DNA of 64,000 nucleotides from Candidatus Methylomirabilia bacterium (GCA_041497895.1 JBGQHJ010000002.1:21112-85111), one strand, 5' to 3'. Shown: positions 19,846-29,521, counted from the first letter of the stretch. Notes: generated from the sequence alone by a model not told the origin. Made by a program: numbers and translations.

Positions 19846-20048
19846 TGCATCAGGTTCTGACGAGAGAGCCCTTCGCATCCCCCGCCATCCGCTGCCAGGT
19901 CTGCGCGACCAAGATCGTCGTGCCCGGCGTGGCGGACGTGGTCGTCAAGAACGCCATCCTGCGCGTGGATCGGGCCTCCGGGCACGTGGCCGCCAAGTGT
20001 CCCCGCTGTAAAACCTGGGTGGACGTACCCCTCCGGTACGTCGGGTGA
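19845..20048 (+). CDS. Small Cys4 zinc-ribbon protein (resembles Mu Com-type IRCxxC...KCPRCK)
   Basis: IRCQVC...KCPRCKT; 67 aa; GC-rich third positions; first ORF of the sulfite reductase operon. Confidence 0.7.
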   Translation: MHQVLTREPFASPAIRCQVCATKIVVPGVADVVVKNAILRVDRASGHVAAKCPRCKTWVDVPLRYVG

Positions 20049-20080
20049 GGCACACCTAGGCAAGGCACAAGTCGCAGCAT

Positions 20081-20143
20081 CGAGACGGAAAGCCGAGCGG
20101 GGGCCGCAGCTGGAAGCGGCCCTCCTCGGCTTTCGCGTTCTCG
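20081..20143 (+). promoter_or_regulatory. Long intercistronic RNA hairpin abutting the SD of the reductase gene
   Basis: CGAGA/TCTCG, GAAAGCCGAG/CTCGGCTTTC and GGGCCGC/GCGGCCC arms, 8-nt loop; SD GGGAGG begins at 20143. Confidence 0.6.
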
Positions 20144-20155
20144 GGAGGACACGAC

Positions 20156-21853
20156 GTGAGCATAGCGGTGACGGAGACGAAGGCGCAGCGGGTGGAGCGA
20201 CTCAAGCGGGAGCTGAACCCGTGGGGCGCGTACGCGGAGATCGAGCGGTTCGCGCGCGACGGGGTGGGCTCGATCCCGCCCGAGTGGCTGGCCACCTACT
20301 TCCGCTGGTGGGGCATCTACACCCAGGGCGACGGGGTGGGAGCGATCGGCGGCAAGGGCGGGGAGGGGCGCGCGGTGCCGTACTTCATGCTGCGCATCCG
20401 CATTCCCAACGGCTTCCTCACCGCCGCCCAGCTGCGGACGGTGGCCGACCTGGCCGAGCGCCACGTGCGCGGCATCGCCGATCTCACGATGCGCCAGAAC
20501 ATCCAGCTCCACTGGGTGGCGATCGAGGCCCTGCCCGCGATCTTCTTGGCCCTGGCCGCCTGCGGCCTCTCGAGCCTCGGCACCTGTGGCGACGTGACCC
20601 GCAACATCACCGGCTGCCCGCTCGCCGGCCTCGAGGGCGACGAGCTCCTCGACGCCTCGCCGCTCGTGCAGGCCGCGACCGCGATGGTCAACGGCAGCCC
20701 CGAGTTCTACAACCTGCCCCGCAAGTACAAGGTCACGATCACCGGCTGCCGCGTGTGGTGCTCGTATCCCGAGATCAACGACGTGGGCCTCACCGCGGTG
20801 CGCGACCCGTACTCGGGACGGGTCGGCTTCTCGCTCCGGGTGGGCGGCGGGCTCTCGACCCGGCCGCACCTCGCCCCGCGTCTCGACGCCTTCGTGCGCC
20901 CCGAGCAGGCGCTGGCGGTGGTCAAGGGTGTCTCGGAGATCTTTCGCGACAGCGACGTGCTGCGCCAGAACCGCGAGAAGGCCCGGCTCAAGTTCCTCTT
21001 CCTGGATCACGGCTTCACCGTCGAGCGCTTCCAGGCCGCGCTCGAGGAGCGGCTCGGGTTTCGCCTCGATCCGGGCGTGCCCGAGGACCTGCCCGACGAG
21101 GCCTATCGCGACCACGTCGGCATTCATCCGCAGAAGCAGGCGGGACTGGTGTACGCCGGTCTGCCGATCCTGCGAGGGCGGCTCACACCGGACGAGATGC
21201 GGGCGATCGCGGACCTGGCCAGCCGCCACGGCTCGGGCGAGCTCCGCGCCACCAGCATGCAGAATCTCGTCGTCGTGAACGTGCCGGCGGCCCGCGCGGC
21301 CCGGCTCGGGCGCGACGTGACCGCGGCCGGGCTGCGCCTCGACGGCTCGCCCTTCCGCCGGGGCACCGTGGCCTGCACCGGCAGCGAGTTCTGCAAGCTC
21401 GCGCTGACCGAGACCAAGCGCTTCGCCGGCTGGCTCGTGCAGGACCTGGAGGCCCGGCTGCCTGGCTTCCAGGAGCACGTGCGCATCAACGTCACCGGCT
21501 GCCCCAATAGCTGTGGCCAGCACTGGATCGCCGACATCGGCATCGAGGGCAAGAAGGTGAAGGTGGACGGCCGCCTCGTCGACGCCTACTACTTCTGCGT
21601 GGGCGGCGCGGTGGGCCGGCACCAGACGGTGGCGCGGCCGATCGGGTACCGCGTGCCCGCGGCCCACGTGCCCGACGCGGTGGAGCGGTTGCTGCGCGCC
21701 TATCTCGCCGGGCGGCGCGACGGGCAGACCTTCCGCGCGTTCTGCGCGGTCCACACCGACGACGAGCTCCGCACCTTCCTGGCCGGGGCCGAGGTCGTCG
21801 CGGTGGCGCGGGACAGTCCCGCGGGTACGATTCCCCACGGAATCGACGGCTGA
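20156..21853 (+). CDS. Siroheme [4Fe-4S] sulfite/nitrite reductase (probably assimilatory sulfite reductase)
   Basis: MLRIRIP, TMRQNIQLH, CGDVTRN, LPRKYK, ACTGSEFC, GCPNSCGQH; adjacent to siroheme genes. Confidence 0.9.
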   Translation: MSIAVTETKAQRVERLKRELNPWGAYAEIERFARDGVGSIPPEWLATYFRWWGIYTQGDGVGAIGGKGGEGRAVPYFMLRIRIPNGFLTAAQLRTVADLAERHVRGIADLTMRQNIQLHWVAIEALPAIFLALAACGLSSLGTCGDVTRNITGCPLAGLEGDELLDASPLVQAATAMVNGSPEFYNLPRKYKVTITGCRVWCSYPEINDVGLTAVRDPYSGRVGFSLRVGGGLSTRPHLAPRLDAFVRPEQALAVVKGVSEIFRDSDVLRQNREKARLKFLFLDHGFTVERFQAALEERLGFRLDPGVPEDLPDEAYRDHVGIHPQKQAGLVYAGLPILRGRLTPDEMRAIADLASRHGSGELRATSMQNLVVVNVPAARAARLGRDVTAAGLRLDGSPFRRGTVACTGSEFCKLALTETKRFAGWLVQDLEARLPGFQEHVRINVTGCPNSCGQHWIADIGIEGKKVKVDGRLVDAYYFCVGGAVGRHQTVARPIGYRVPAAHVPDAVERLLRAYLAGRRDGQTFRAFCAVHTDDELRTFLAGAEVVAVARDSPAGTIPHGIDG

Positions 21854-21888
21854 GAACCGAACCGACCCGATCGAAAGGAGAGACGACC

Positions 21889-22548
21889 ATGACGCTACGA
21901 CTCGGTGACACCGCTCCCGACTTCCAGGCCGAGACCACCGCCGGCCCGATCCACTTCCACGAGTGGCTGGGCGACGCCTGGGGCCTGCTCTTCTCCCACC
22001 CGCGCGACTTCACGCCGGTGTGCACCACCGAGCTCGGCTACGTGGCGCGGCTGCGCCCCGAGTTCGAGCGGCGCGGGGTGAAGGCGATCGGACTCTCGAT
22101 CGACCCGGTGGACTCGCACCGGGGCTGGGCCGCCGACATCCAGGAGACGCAAGGGCACGCGGTGAACTTCCCGATCATCGCGGACCCGGACCGGAAGGTG
22201 GCCGACCTCTACGGCATGATCCATCCCGCCCACGACGAGGTCTACACTGTACGCACCGTGTTCGTGATCGATCCCAAGAAGAAGATCCGGCTCTTCATCA
22301 CGTATCCCCAGACCACCGGGCGGAACTTCGACGAGATCCTGCGGGTGATCGATTCGCTCCAGCTCACCGACCGCCACCGCGTGGCCACTCCGGTGAACTG
22401 GAAGCCGGGCGAGGACGTGATCATCGTGCCGGCGGTCTCCGACGAGGAGGCGCGCGCCAAGTTCCCGGCCGGTTGGCGGGCGTTGAAGCCCTACCTGCGC
22501 CTGACGCCCACGCCGGGACGCGAGGCGGTCGAGACCGCCAAGCGGTGA
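21889..22548 (+). CDS. 1-Cys peroxiredoxin (Prx6/LsfA-like)
   Basis: FSHPRDFTPVCTTELG, YPQTTGRNFDEILR, ATPVNW. Confidence 0.93.
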   Translation: MTLRLGDTAPDFQAETTAGPIHFHEWLGDAWGLLFSHPRDFTPVCTTELGYVARLRPEFERRGVKAIGLSIDPVDSHRGWAADIQETQGHAVNFPIIADPDRKVADLYGMIHPAHDEVYTVRTVFVIDPKKKIRLFITYPQTTGRNFDEILRVIDSLQLTDRHRVATPVNWKPGEDVIIVPAVSDEEARAKFPAGWRALKPYLRLTPTPGREAVETAKR

Positions 22549-23180
22549 GCGCGCGCGAGTACTACCCGCTCTTCCTCGACCTGGCCGATCACCCCTGCCT
22601 GGTGGTCGGGGGCGGTCCGGTAGCCGAGGGGAAGGTGGCGGGGCTCCTGGCCGCGGGCGCGCGCGTCACGGTGGTGAGTCCCACCGTGACCGCGCGGCTC
22701 GCGGGCTGGGCCGCCGAGGGGCGGCTGATCTACCTGGCGCGCGAGTACCGCGCCGGCGACGTCGACGGCCAGCGGCTCGCGCTCGTGGCCACCCACGACG
22801 CGGAGGTGACCCGGGCGGTCGTCGCGGACGGCCGCGCCCGCTCGGTGCTGGTCAACGCCGCCGACGAGCCCGCGCGCTGCGACTTCATCCTGCCCGCGGT
22901 GATCCGGCGCGGCCGCCTCGTGGTGGCGGTGTCGACGGGCGGCGCGAGCCCGGCGGCGGCGCGGGCCATCCGCGAGGAGCTGGAGGGCTACCTGACCGAG
23001 GCGCACGCGGCGCTGGTGGAGCTGGCCGCGGAGGCGCGAGAGGATCTGCGGCGGCGCGGCGTGTCGCCGGGTCCCGCCCGCTGGCGCGGCGCGCTCGACG
23101 ATCGCCTGCGACGGCTCATCGCGGACCGCCGCTACCGCCAGGCCCGCGCGCGCTTGGCGGGAAGCCTCGAGTCGGCATGA
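22545..23180 (+). CDS. Precorrin-2 dehydrogenase/sirohydrochlorin ferrochelatase (CysG N-terminal/SirC-like)
   Basis: YYPLFLDL, VVGGGPVA, VNAADEP..CDF, VSTGGASP; GTGA overlap. Confidence 0.88.
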   Translation: MSAREYYPLFLDLADHPCLVVGGGPVAEGKVAGLLAAGARVTVVSPTVTARLAGWAAEGRLIYLAREYRAGDVDGQRLALVATHDAEVTRAVVADGRARSVLVNAADEPARCDFILPAVIRRGRLVVAVSTGGASPAAARAIREELEGYLTEAHAALVELAAEAREDLRRRGVSPGPARWRGALDDRLRRLIADRRYRQARARLAGSLESA

Positions 23181-24049
23181 TCGAGCCCGGTCGCGTCTAC
23201 CTGGTCGGTGCCGGACCGGGCGATCCCGGGCTCATGACGGTGCGTGGCCTCGAGGTGCTGCGCCGCGCCCGCGTGGTCGTCTACGACCGTCTCGTCGACC
23301 CGGCCCTGCTCGACGAGGCGCCGCGGGGCGCCCTCCGTGTCTTCGCGGGCAAGCGCGCGGGCGCCCACTGCCTGCCCCAGGCGCAGATCAATGCGCTGCT
23401 GGTCGAGCAGGCGCGGCGAGGCCGCGTCGTGGTGCGCCTCAAGGGCGGCGATCCGTTCGTGTTCGGCCGCGGCGGCGAGGAGGCGCTGGCCCTCGCGGCG
23501 GCCGGGATCCCCTTCGAGATCGTGCCCGGCGTCAGTGCCGCGGTCGCGGTGGCCGCCTACGCCGGGATCCCGGTGACCCATCGGGGGCTCGCCTCGTCGT
23601 TCGCGGTGGTGACCGGACACGAGGACCCGGGAAAGGGCGCCGCGAAAGTAGACTGGGCGGGGCTGGCCACGGCGGTCGATACCCTCGTGGTGCTGATGGG
23701 AACGAAGAGCCTGCCGCGCATCGCGGCCACGCTGATGGCGCACGGTCGGCCGCCGGACACCCCGGTGGCGCTGATCCGCTGGGGGACGACCGAGGCGCAG
23801 GAGACGGTGGTCGGCACCCTCGGCGACATCGTCGCGCGCGCCGCGTCGGCCGGGCTGGTCCCGCCGGTGCTGGCGGTGATCGGAGCGGTGGTGAGCCTGC
23901 GGGAACGGCTCGGATGGTTCGGGCCGCGCGACGAGGTACTGGTTGGCGGTGCACCGGGAGATGCCGGCCAAGCTGATCATCCCGGCCACCGGGACCCGGG
24001 TGGTGTTCGGCGCCTAGCCCGCGGCGCGCAGCGCGTCCTGAAAGTTTGA
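23177..24049 (+). CDS. cobA: Uroporphyrinogen-III C-methyltransferase
   Basis: VYLVGAGPGDPGLMT, RLKGGDPFVFGRGGEE, GIPVTHRG. Confidence 0.93.
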   Translation: MIEPGRVYLVGAGPGDPGLMTVRGLEVLRRARVVVYDRLVDPALLDEAPRGALRVFAGKRAGAHCLPQAQINALLVEQARRGRVVVRLKGGDPFVFGRGGEEALALAAAGIPFEIVPGVSAAVAVAAYAGIPVTHRGLASSFAVVTGHEDPGKGAAKVDWAGLATAVDTLVVLMGTKSLPRIAATLMAHGRPPDTPVALIRWGTTEAQETVVGTLGDIVARAASAGLVPPVLAVIGAVVSLRERLGWFGPRDEVLVGGAPGDAGQADHPGHRDPGGVRRLARGAQRVLKV

Positions 24050-24075
24050 CAGTCCGCCCCGCCGGCGCCTACGCT
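24046..24075 (+). promoter_or_regulatory. sigma70-type promoter
   Basis: TTGACA(24046-24051)-N18-TACGCT(24070-24075), upstream of SD GGGAGG and ATG 24093. Confidence 0.5.
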
Positions 24076-24092
24076 CTAGGCGGGAGGGAGCC

Positions 24093-24380
24093 ATGAAGAC
24101 GCCGCTGCTCGTCCTGTCGATCCTCCTCGTGGGCGCCGGGATCGCGTCCGCCCAGGCGCCCAAGTCGGGCTCGATCGATCTCGACTACAAGCAGCGCGCC
24201 CCCGCGCTCCAGAAGGTGCCGCCCCGCAAGATCGAGGAAGACACCGCGCAGGCGCTGAGCGAGCTCGACCGCCAGCGCACCGAGAGGATGCTGCGAGAGA
24301 GCCAGCCCAGCCCGATGCGGCGCCCCGATCTCGACCGGGACGTGACGCAGGGCATCCAGTCGCGCGGCCTCGGCCGCTAG
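24093..24380 (+). CDS. Small secreted hypothetical protein
   Basis: Signal peptide MKTPLLVLSILLVGAGIASA, good SD, typical codon bias. Confidence 0.7.
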   Translation: MKTPLLVLSILLVGAGIASAQAPKSGSIDLDYKQRAPALQKVPPRKIEEDTAQALSELDRQRTERMLRESQPSPMRRPDLDRDVTQGIQSRGLGR

Positions 24381-27300
24381 CGCCGCTTCCGCGTCCCGGC
24401 CCGCTGCGCGCGGCCCCGGGTCTCTTCTCCCACCGGCACTCCGTCGCGGTAGCTCACGCGGTGGCCGAGCACGGCCGGCACCCGCGGTCCCGGCGTCACG
24501 ATGCCGACCAGGTTGAGCGGGTCACAGGCCGATACCGAGACGATCTGCCCGGCGGGCTGCTCCCGACGGATGGCGCGCAGCGCCTCGAGCGCTTCCGGCG
24601 CCGCGAACTGCTCGCCCACGAAGCCGCCCACGATGCGCCCGCCGCGGAGATCGCCCCGCATCTCGAGCCGGCGGTAGACGCGTAGCAGATCACGCCAGGC
24701 CGGGACGCCCGGCTCGCGCTGGAGCAGGTCGCGGAAGACCACCCCGTAGCGGCGGACGTACTGGCGAGCACGCGCCTCGACCAGGTCGTCGGCGGACGGC
24801 GCGACGGGCGGGACCAGTCGGGCCCAGCGACCGGTGCCGGGCGACGGACGCGCGGGAGCCGGCCGCCCCGGCCGCGGCCGCCGGCGCTTCTCGGAGTGGA
24901 GCAGGCTGCGCAGACCGGCGAAGCCGTCGCCGGTGACGAGGCCAGCGGTCACCAGCTCGCAGAGCCCTTCCTCGACCTCGATGCGGAGCCGGCGAACGCC
25001 CGCCGCGATGTCCTCGACGAACGAGGCGCCGGCGCGCTCGAGGTGGGCCAGCACGTCGAGCGCCGGGCCCGAGGGCTTGCTCGCCAGCGCGGCGGGCTCC
25101 GGCCGCGGATCGAGCAGCCACGCGAGATCGCGCCGCAGCAGCAGCGCCAGCGGCACCGCGGCAGACAGACGCCGGCCCGCGTGGCGCGCACTCTCGTGCA
25201 GGCCGAGCCGGCCCCAGGTCACCTCGCCGGAAAGGCAGAGCTCGTCGAGCCAGCCCGGCTGGTAGCCGGCCACCCGCGCCGTCAGGAGCTCGCGCTCCCA
25301 GGCTCCCGCCGCGGCCTCGAAGCCCTGCAGCCGCTCGATCACCCGCAGCAGCCCGTCGCGCCCGTGCTGCTGGCTCCCCGCCGCCACGTGCTGCCAGGAG
25401 AAGAGGAACCGCAGCAGCGCCGCGGGCGAGACCGGCTCGATCAGGCGGCGCAGCCCCTCGAGCGTCCGCCGGTGGATGCGCGCAAGCAGGCGCCGGTCGC
25501 ACCACTCCAACGTCTCGCCGGATGCCGCCCCCGGGGTGAAGCGCCCGCGCAGCACGCCGCCCTCGGCCTCGACCGCGGCGAGCGCCACGTCCACCTCGCC
25601 CGGCGTGACGCCGAGATCCTGGGCGAGGGCGGGCGCGGTGGTGGGGCCGACGAGGCCGAGCCGCGCGCGGATCACCTCCACCAGCGCGCCCTCGCGATCC
25701 GACCAGGCCGGTGCCCGCCGCGCGGGCGGCTCGGTCACGTCGGGCTCGAAGCGGCCGTGCGGCCACACGGTGGCGGCCAGCGAGCGGCGCTCGGTGGCGA
25801 CCCAGAGCACGCGGCCGTCCACGCGCAGGCGCGCGGCGCGGCCGGCCGCGATGAGCTCGTCGAGGTAGCCGGACCAATGATCAGTCCGGGGATCGGTCCG
25901 GGTGTCGGTCAGGTCCTGTGGCAGGGCGCCCAGGTCGAGCAGCAGGTCGTGCAGCTCGTCGGCCGAGCGCAGGTCGGGCCAGGCCTCCTCGACCACCGCG
26001 GCGATGGCCTCGGGATCCAGGCGGCCGATGTCGTCCGCGACCGCCGCGGGCAGTCCGCGCCGCAGCGTGACCGCGCGGGCGCGCCGCTCCTCGAGGGGCG
26101 CATCGTCGAGATACGCGTAAGGGTTCGCGTTCAGGATCTCGTGGGCGAACACGGACGGCTCCGGCGTCTCACGGGTCACCCGCTTGATCTGGCCTCCGTG
26201 GATCGCGGTGAGACAGGCGCGCAACCCGTCGATGTCCATCGCCTCGGTCAGGCAGTCGCGCAGGGTCTCGCGGACCAGCGGGTGGTCGGGCACCTCGATG
26301 GGGCCCGCCTCCATGTTGTCCTGGCAGGCGAGCTGGGCCGGGAAGACCGCGACCAGGAGGTCCTCCGCGCGCATGCGCTGCAGATACGGCGGCACGCGGC
26401 GGCCGTTCTGCCAGCGCAGCAAGGCGAGCGCCCGGTTGGCGTTCCAGCGCCAGCGGGTGTTGAACATCGGCGCCTGGAGCGCGGCCTGGGTCAGGAGCTC
26501 CTCGAGCCCGCTCGGGTGCACCATCTCGAAGACCGCCTCGAGCGGGAAGCTGTGCTGCGGGCCCAGCGACAGGAGCACGCCGTCGTCGGTGGCGGCGGCC
26601 TGCAGCTCGAAGTTGAAGCTGTGGCAGAGCCGCTTGCGAAGCGCCATGCCCCACGCGCGGTTGATGCGGCCGCCGAAGGGCGCGTGGACCACCAGCTGCA
26701 TGCCGCCCGCCTCGTCGAAGAAGCGCTCCACCACCACCGTGTCGCGCGTCGGCACCGCCCCGAGCGCGGCCCGGCCCGCCGCGATGTAGTCGCGTGCGAG
26801 CAGGGCCCCGTTCCGGTCGAGACCGGTCTCGCGCTCGAGCCACTCGACGGCCGCGTCCGGATCGTGGAGGCGGTCCGCCACCCCCTGCCGCACCGCGGCC
26901 AGCTCGGTCGACAGCTCGAGGGTGCGCGCGGGTCCCTCGCCGAGCCAGAACGGGATGGTGGACGGGGCGCCGCCCGCGTCCTCCACCCGGACCCGTCCGC
27001 TCTCGATGCGGCGGATGCGCCAGGAGGTGTTGCCGAGCAGGATGACGTCGCCCGCCATCGATTCGATGGCGAAGTCCTCGTCGAGGGAGCCGATGGTGGT
27101 CTCGTCCGGCTCGAGCACCACCTCGTAGTTGGCGTTGTCGGGGATCGCCCCGCCCGAGGTGATCGCGGCCAGCCGTGAGCCCCGGCGGGCCTTGAGCCGC
27201 CGGCCGACCGCGTCGCGGTGCAGCCGCGCCGCGTAGCGGCCGCGCCGGGTCGCGATGCCCTCGGCCAGCATGTCCACCACCTGGTCGAAGTCCTGCCGGT

Positions 27301-28621
27301 CGAGCGCCGCGTAGGGCGCGGCGCGCCGGCAGAGGGCGAAGAGCCGGTCCTCGTCCTGCTCCTCGCTCGCGCAGATGGCCACCACCTGCTGGGCCAGGAC
27401 GTCGAGCGGCGCGTCCCGCATCGCGAGCCGGTCGATCTCGCCCCGGCGCGCCGCGCGCGCGAGCGCCGCGCACTCCACGAGCTGGTCGCGGGTGAGCGGG
27501 AAGAGGCGGCCCTTGGGCGTGGCGAGCAGGGCGTGCCCCGAGCGGCCGACCCGCTGCAGCGCGGTGGCGATGGAGCGCGGCGAGCCCAGCAGGCAGGTGA
27601 GGTCCACGGTGCCCACGTCGATGCCCAGCTCGAGCGAGGCGGTGGCCACCACCAGGGACAGCTCGCCCGACTTGAGCCGCTGCTCGGCGTCGAAGCGCCG
27701 CTGGCGGCTCAGGCTGCTGTGGTGCGCGGCCACCCGCTCGGCCCCCAGGCGATCGGCGAGGTGGCGGGTCACCCGCTCGACCAGACGCCGGGTGTTGACG
27801 AACACCAGCGTGGAGCGGTGCTCCCGCGCCAGCGCGGCCACCCGGTCGTAGATCTCCTCCCACTGCTCGTTGGTGCACACCGCGCCCAGCTCGTCGCCCA
27901 GCACCTCGATGGCGAGGTCCATGTCGCGCCGCTGGCCCACGTTCACCACCTCGGGCATCGGCCGCGTCGACCCCACGAGCAGCCGCGCCGCGGTCTCGAT
28001 GGGTCGCACGGTGGCGGAGAGCCCGACCCGCTGCAGGCGCGTGCCGCCGCGCGAGACCACCAGCTCCTCGAGCCGCTCGAGGGAGAGCGCCAGGTGCGCT
28101 CCGCGCTTGTCGCCGGCCACCGCGTGGATCTCGTCCACGATCACGGTGCGCACCTGCGAGAGCCAGCCACGGCTCGACTCCGCGGTGAGCAGGATGAAGA
28201 GCGACTCGGGCGTGGTGACCAGCACGTGGGGCGGGCGGCGGCCCGCCTGCCGCCGCTCGTGAGCCGGCGTGTCCCCGGTGCGCACCGCGGTACGGATGCC
28301 CGGGGCGGGCAGGCCCGCCGCCATCGCGGCGGCCGCGAGCTCGCCGAGCGGCTCCTCCAGGTTGCGGCGCACGTCGTTGGACAGAGCCTTGAGCGGGGAG
28401 ACGTAGAGGATCGCGGTGCGACCTTCCAGGCGACCCTCCACGCCCTCGCGGAAGAGGCGGTCGAGGCAGGCCAGGAAGGCGGCCAGGGTCTTGCCGGAGC
28501 CGGTGGGCGCGGTCATCAGCACGTCCTGGCCGGCCGCGATCAGCGGCCAGGCCTGGGCCTGCACGGGGGTCGGCTCGCGGAAGCGGGAGCGGAACCAGGC
28601 GTCGACGACGGGGTGGAACAT
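24377..28621 (-). CDS. lhr: Lhr-like SF2 DEAD/DEAH-box helicase
   Basis: APTGSGKT, SPLKALSND, TTPESL, DEIH, SATV, SLELGIDVG, QRVGRSGH; long Lhr C-terminus; start re-set to ATG 28621. Confidence 0.9.
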   Translation of the reverse strand: MFHPVVDAWFRSRFREPTPVQAQAWPLIAAGQDVLMTAPTGSGKTLAAFLACLDRLFREGVEGRLEGRTAILYVSPLKALSNDVRRNLEEPLGELAAAAMAAGLPAPGIRTAVRTGDTPAHERRQAGRRPPHVLVTTPESLFILLTAESSRGWLSQVRTVIVDEIHAVAGDKRGAHLALSLERLEELVVSRGGTRLQRVGLSATVRPIETAARLLVGSTRPMPEVVNVGQRRDMDLAIEVLGDELGAVCTNEQWEEIYDRVAALAREHRSTLVFVNTRRLVERVTRHLADRLGAERVAAHHSSLSRQRRFDAEQRLKSGELSLVVATASLELGIDVGTVDLTCLLGSPRSIATALQRVGRSGHALLATPKGRLFPLTRDQLVECAALARAARRGEIDRLAMRDAPLDVLAQQVVAICASEEQDEDRLFALCRRAAPYAALDRQDFDQVVDMLAEGIATRRGRYAARLHRDAVGRRLKARRGSRLAAITSGGAIPDNANYEVVLEPDETTIGSLDEDFAIESMAGDVILLGNTSWRIRRIESGRVRVEDAGGAPSTIPFWLGEGPARTLELSTELAAVRQGVADRLHDPDAAVEWLERETGLDRNGALLARDYIAAGRAALGAVPTRDTVVVERFFDEAGGMQLVVHAPFGGRINRAWGMALRKRLCHSFNFELQAAATDDGVLLSLGPQHSFPLEAVFEMVHPSGLEELLTQAALQAPMFNTRWRWNANRALALLRWQNGRRVPPYLQRMRAEDLLVAVFPAQLACQDNMEAGPIEVPDHPLVRETLRDCLTEAMDIDGLRACLTAIHGGQIKRVTRETPEPSVFAHEILNANPYAYLDDAPLEERRARAVTLRRGLPAAVADDIGRLDPEAIAAVVEEAWPDLRSADELHDLLLDLGALPQDLTDTRTDPRTDHWSGYLDELIAAGRAARLRVDGRVLWVATERRSLAATVWPHGRFEPDVTEPPARRAPAWSDREGALVEVIRARLGLVGPTTAPALAQDLGVTPGEVDVALAAVEAEGGVLRGRFTPGAASGETLEWCDRRLLARIHRRTLEGLRRLIEPVSPAALLRFLFSWQHVAAGSQQHGRDGLLRVIERLQGFEAAAGAWERELLTARVAGYQPGWLDELCLSGEVTWGRLGLHESARHAGRRLSAAVPLALLLRRDLAWLLDPRPEPAALASKPSGPALDVLAHLERAGASFVEDIAAGVRRLRIEVEEGLCELVTAGLVTGDGFAGLRSLLHSEKRRRPRPGRPAPARPSPGTGRWARLVPPVAPSADDLVEARARQYVRRYGVVFRDLLQREPGVPAWRDLLRVYRRLEMRGDLRGGRIVGGFVGEQFAAPEALEALRAIRREQPAGQIVSVSACDPLNLVGIVTPGPRVPAVLGHRVSYRDGVPVGEETRGRAQRAGTRKRR

Positions 28622-28842
28622 CGACTCAGTATAGTCGGATTGCCTCTGCACCGCTGGCGGGCGCGCGCGCGGCCGCGATCAGCCCATGCGGCCAGGGAAG
28701 TGATTGACAGGTCGTTCACGCCCCACCTACCGCAGGCGCCGACCCGGAGCCGAGCTGCCGCAGCGATGGCGCGCACGAGGGACCAGATGGACTCTACCTT
28801 CCCATTCGCATACCGGATCACGAGGGACCGGACGTCCCCAAG

Positions 28843-28987
28843 GCCGGTGCCTTCATGGCCTACGGGGAAAGCTTTGAGGACCACATGCGGCGCCAGGCCA
28901 TCCACGTGGACAAGCCTCAAGACCGCCAAGGCGCTCCGCCTGACGATCCCGCCGCCGCTCCTACTGCGGGCCGATCAGGTCATCGAG
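28843..28987 (+). pseudogene. Remnant of an ABC transporter substrate-binding protein C-terminus
   Basis: AGAFMAYGESFEDHMRRQAIHVDK in one frame, then LKTAKALRLTIPPPLLLRADQVIE in another; the usual intervening segment is missing. Confidence 0.65.
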
Positions 28988-29083
28988 GAGCCCCCCTTTG
29001 GAGTTACTATCCCCTTGCGGACAGGGGATGCTCTCGGCGTGCTCGATGAGTTGCGGCTATCGCCTGATGAACCGAGGTCACTC

Positions 29084-29452
29084 ATGACCCTCCATGGCCA
29101 CGATCCCCGTGAAAGCATGGACCGGCTCCAGGTGGTGCTGATGCTGCTGCTGTTCCTCGTGGTTGGTGCCATCCTCGGTGCGGTCGTACTCTTCCTGACC
29201 GACATCTTCTTGGGAAGACTCGAGGACGGAGTGAGGCTGGTGGAGACTCATCTACCCCGAGCACCTGCCGCCCAAGGACTCACCATCTACGGACCGACAT
29301 TCCCGCGTCCGAGCGGTGGGTCCCACGTGCCGAGGTCCTCGGCGGTGCGCGAACGTGATGACGGACGCCACGCTGCTGCCTTGCCTTCCTCCAAGAGCAT
29401 CACCGCTGCTGGGACCTGGATGCCGGTGTCGAGCCCGCCCTCGCGTGGATGA
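29084..29452 (+). CDS. Possible small membrane protein (dubious)
   Basis: One hydrophobic stretch (LQVVLMLLLFLVVGAILGAVVLFL); weak codon bias in the C-terminal half. Confidence 0.25.
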   Translation: MTLHGHDPRESMDRLQVVLMLLLFLVVGAILGAVVLFLTDIFLGRLEDGVRLVETHLPRAPAAQGLTIYGPTFPRPSGGSHVPRSSAVRERDDGRHAAALPSSKSITAAGTWMPVSSPPSRG

Positions 29453-29521
29453 CCTGCGAGTGCGGTGCGAAGCTGGTGCGGGACCTCACAGACCGAAAGC
29501 CGCCTCAGGGACGGAGACGGA

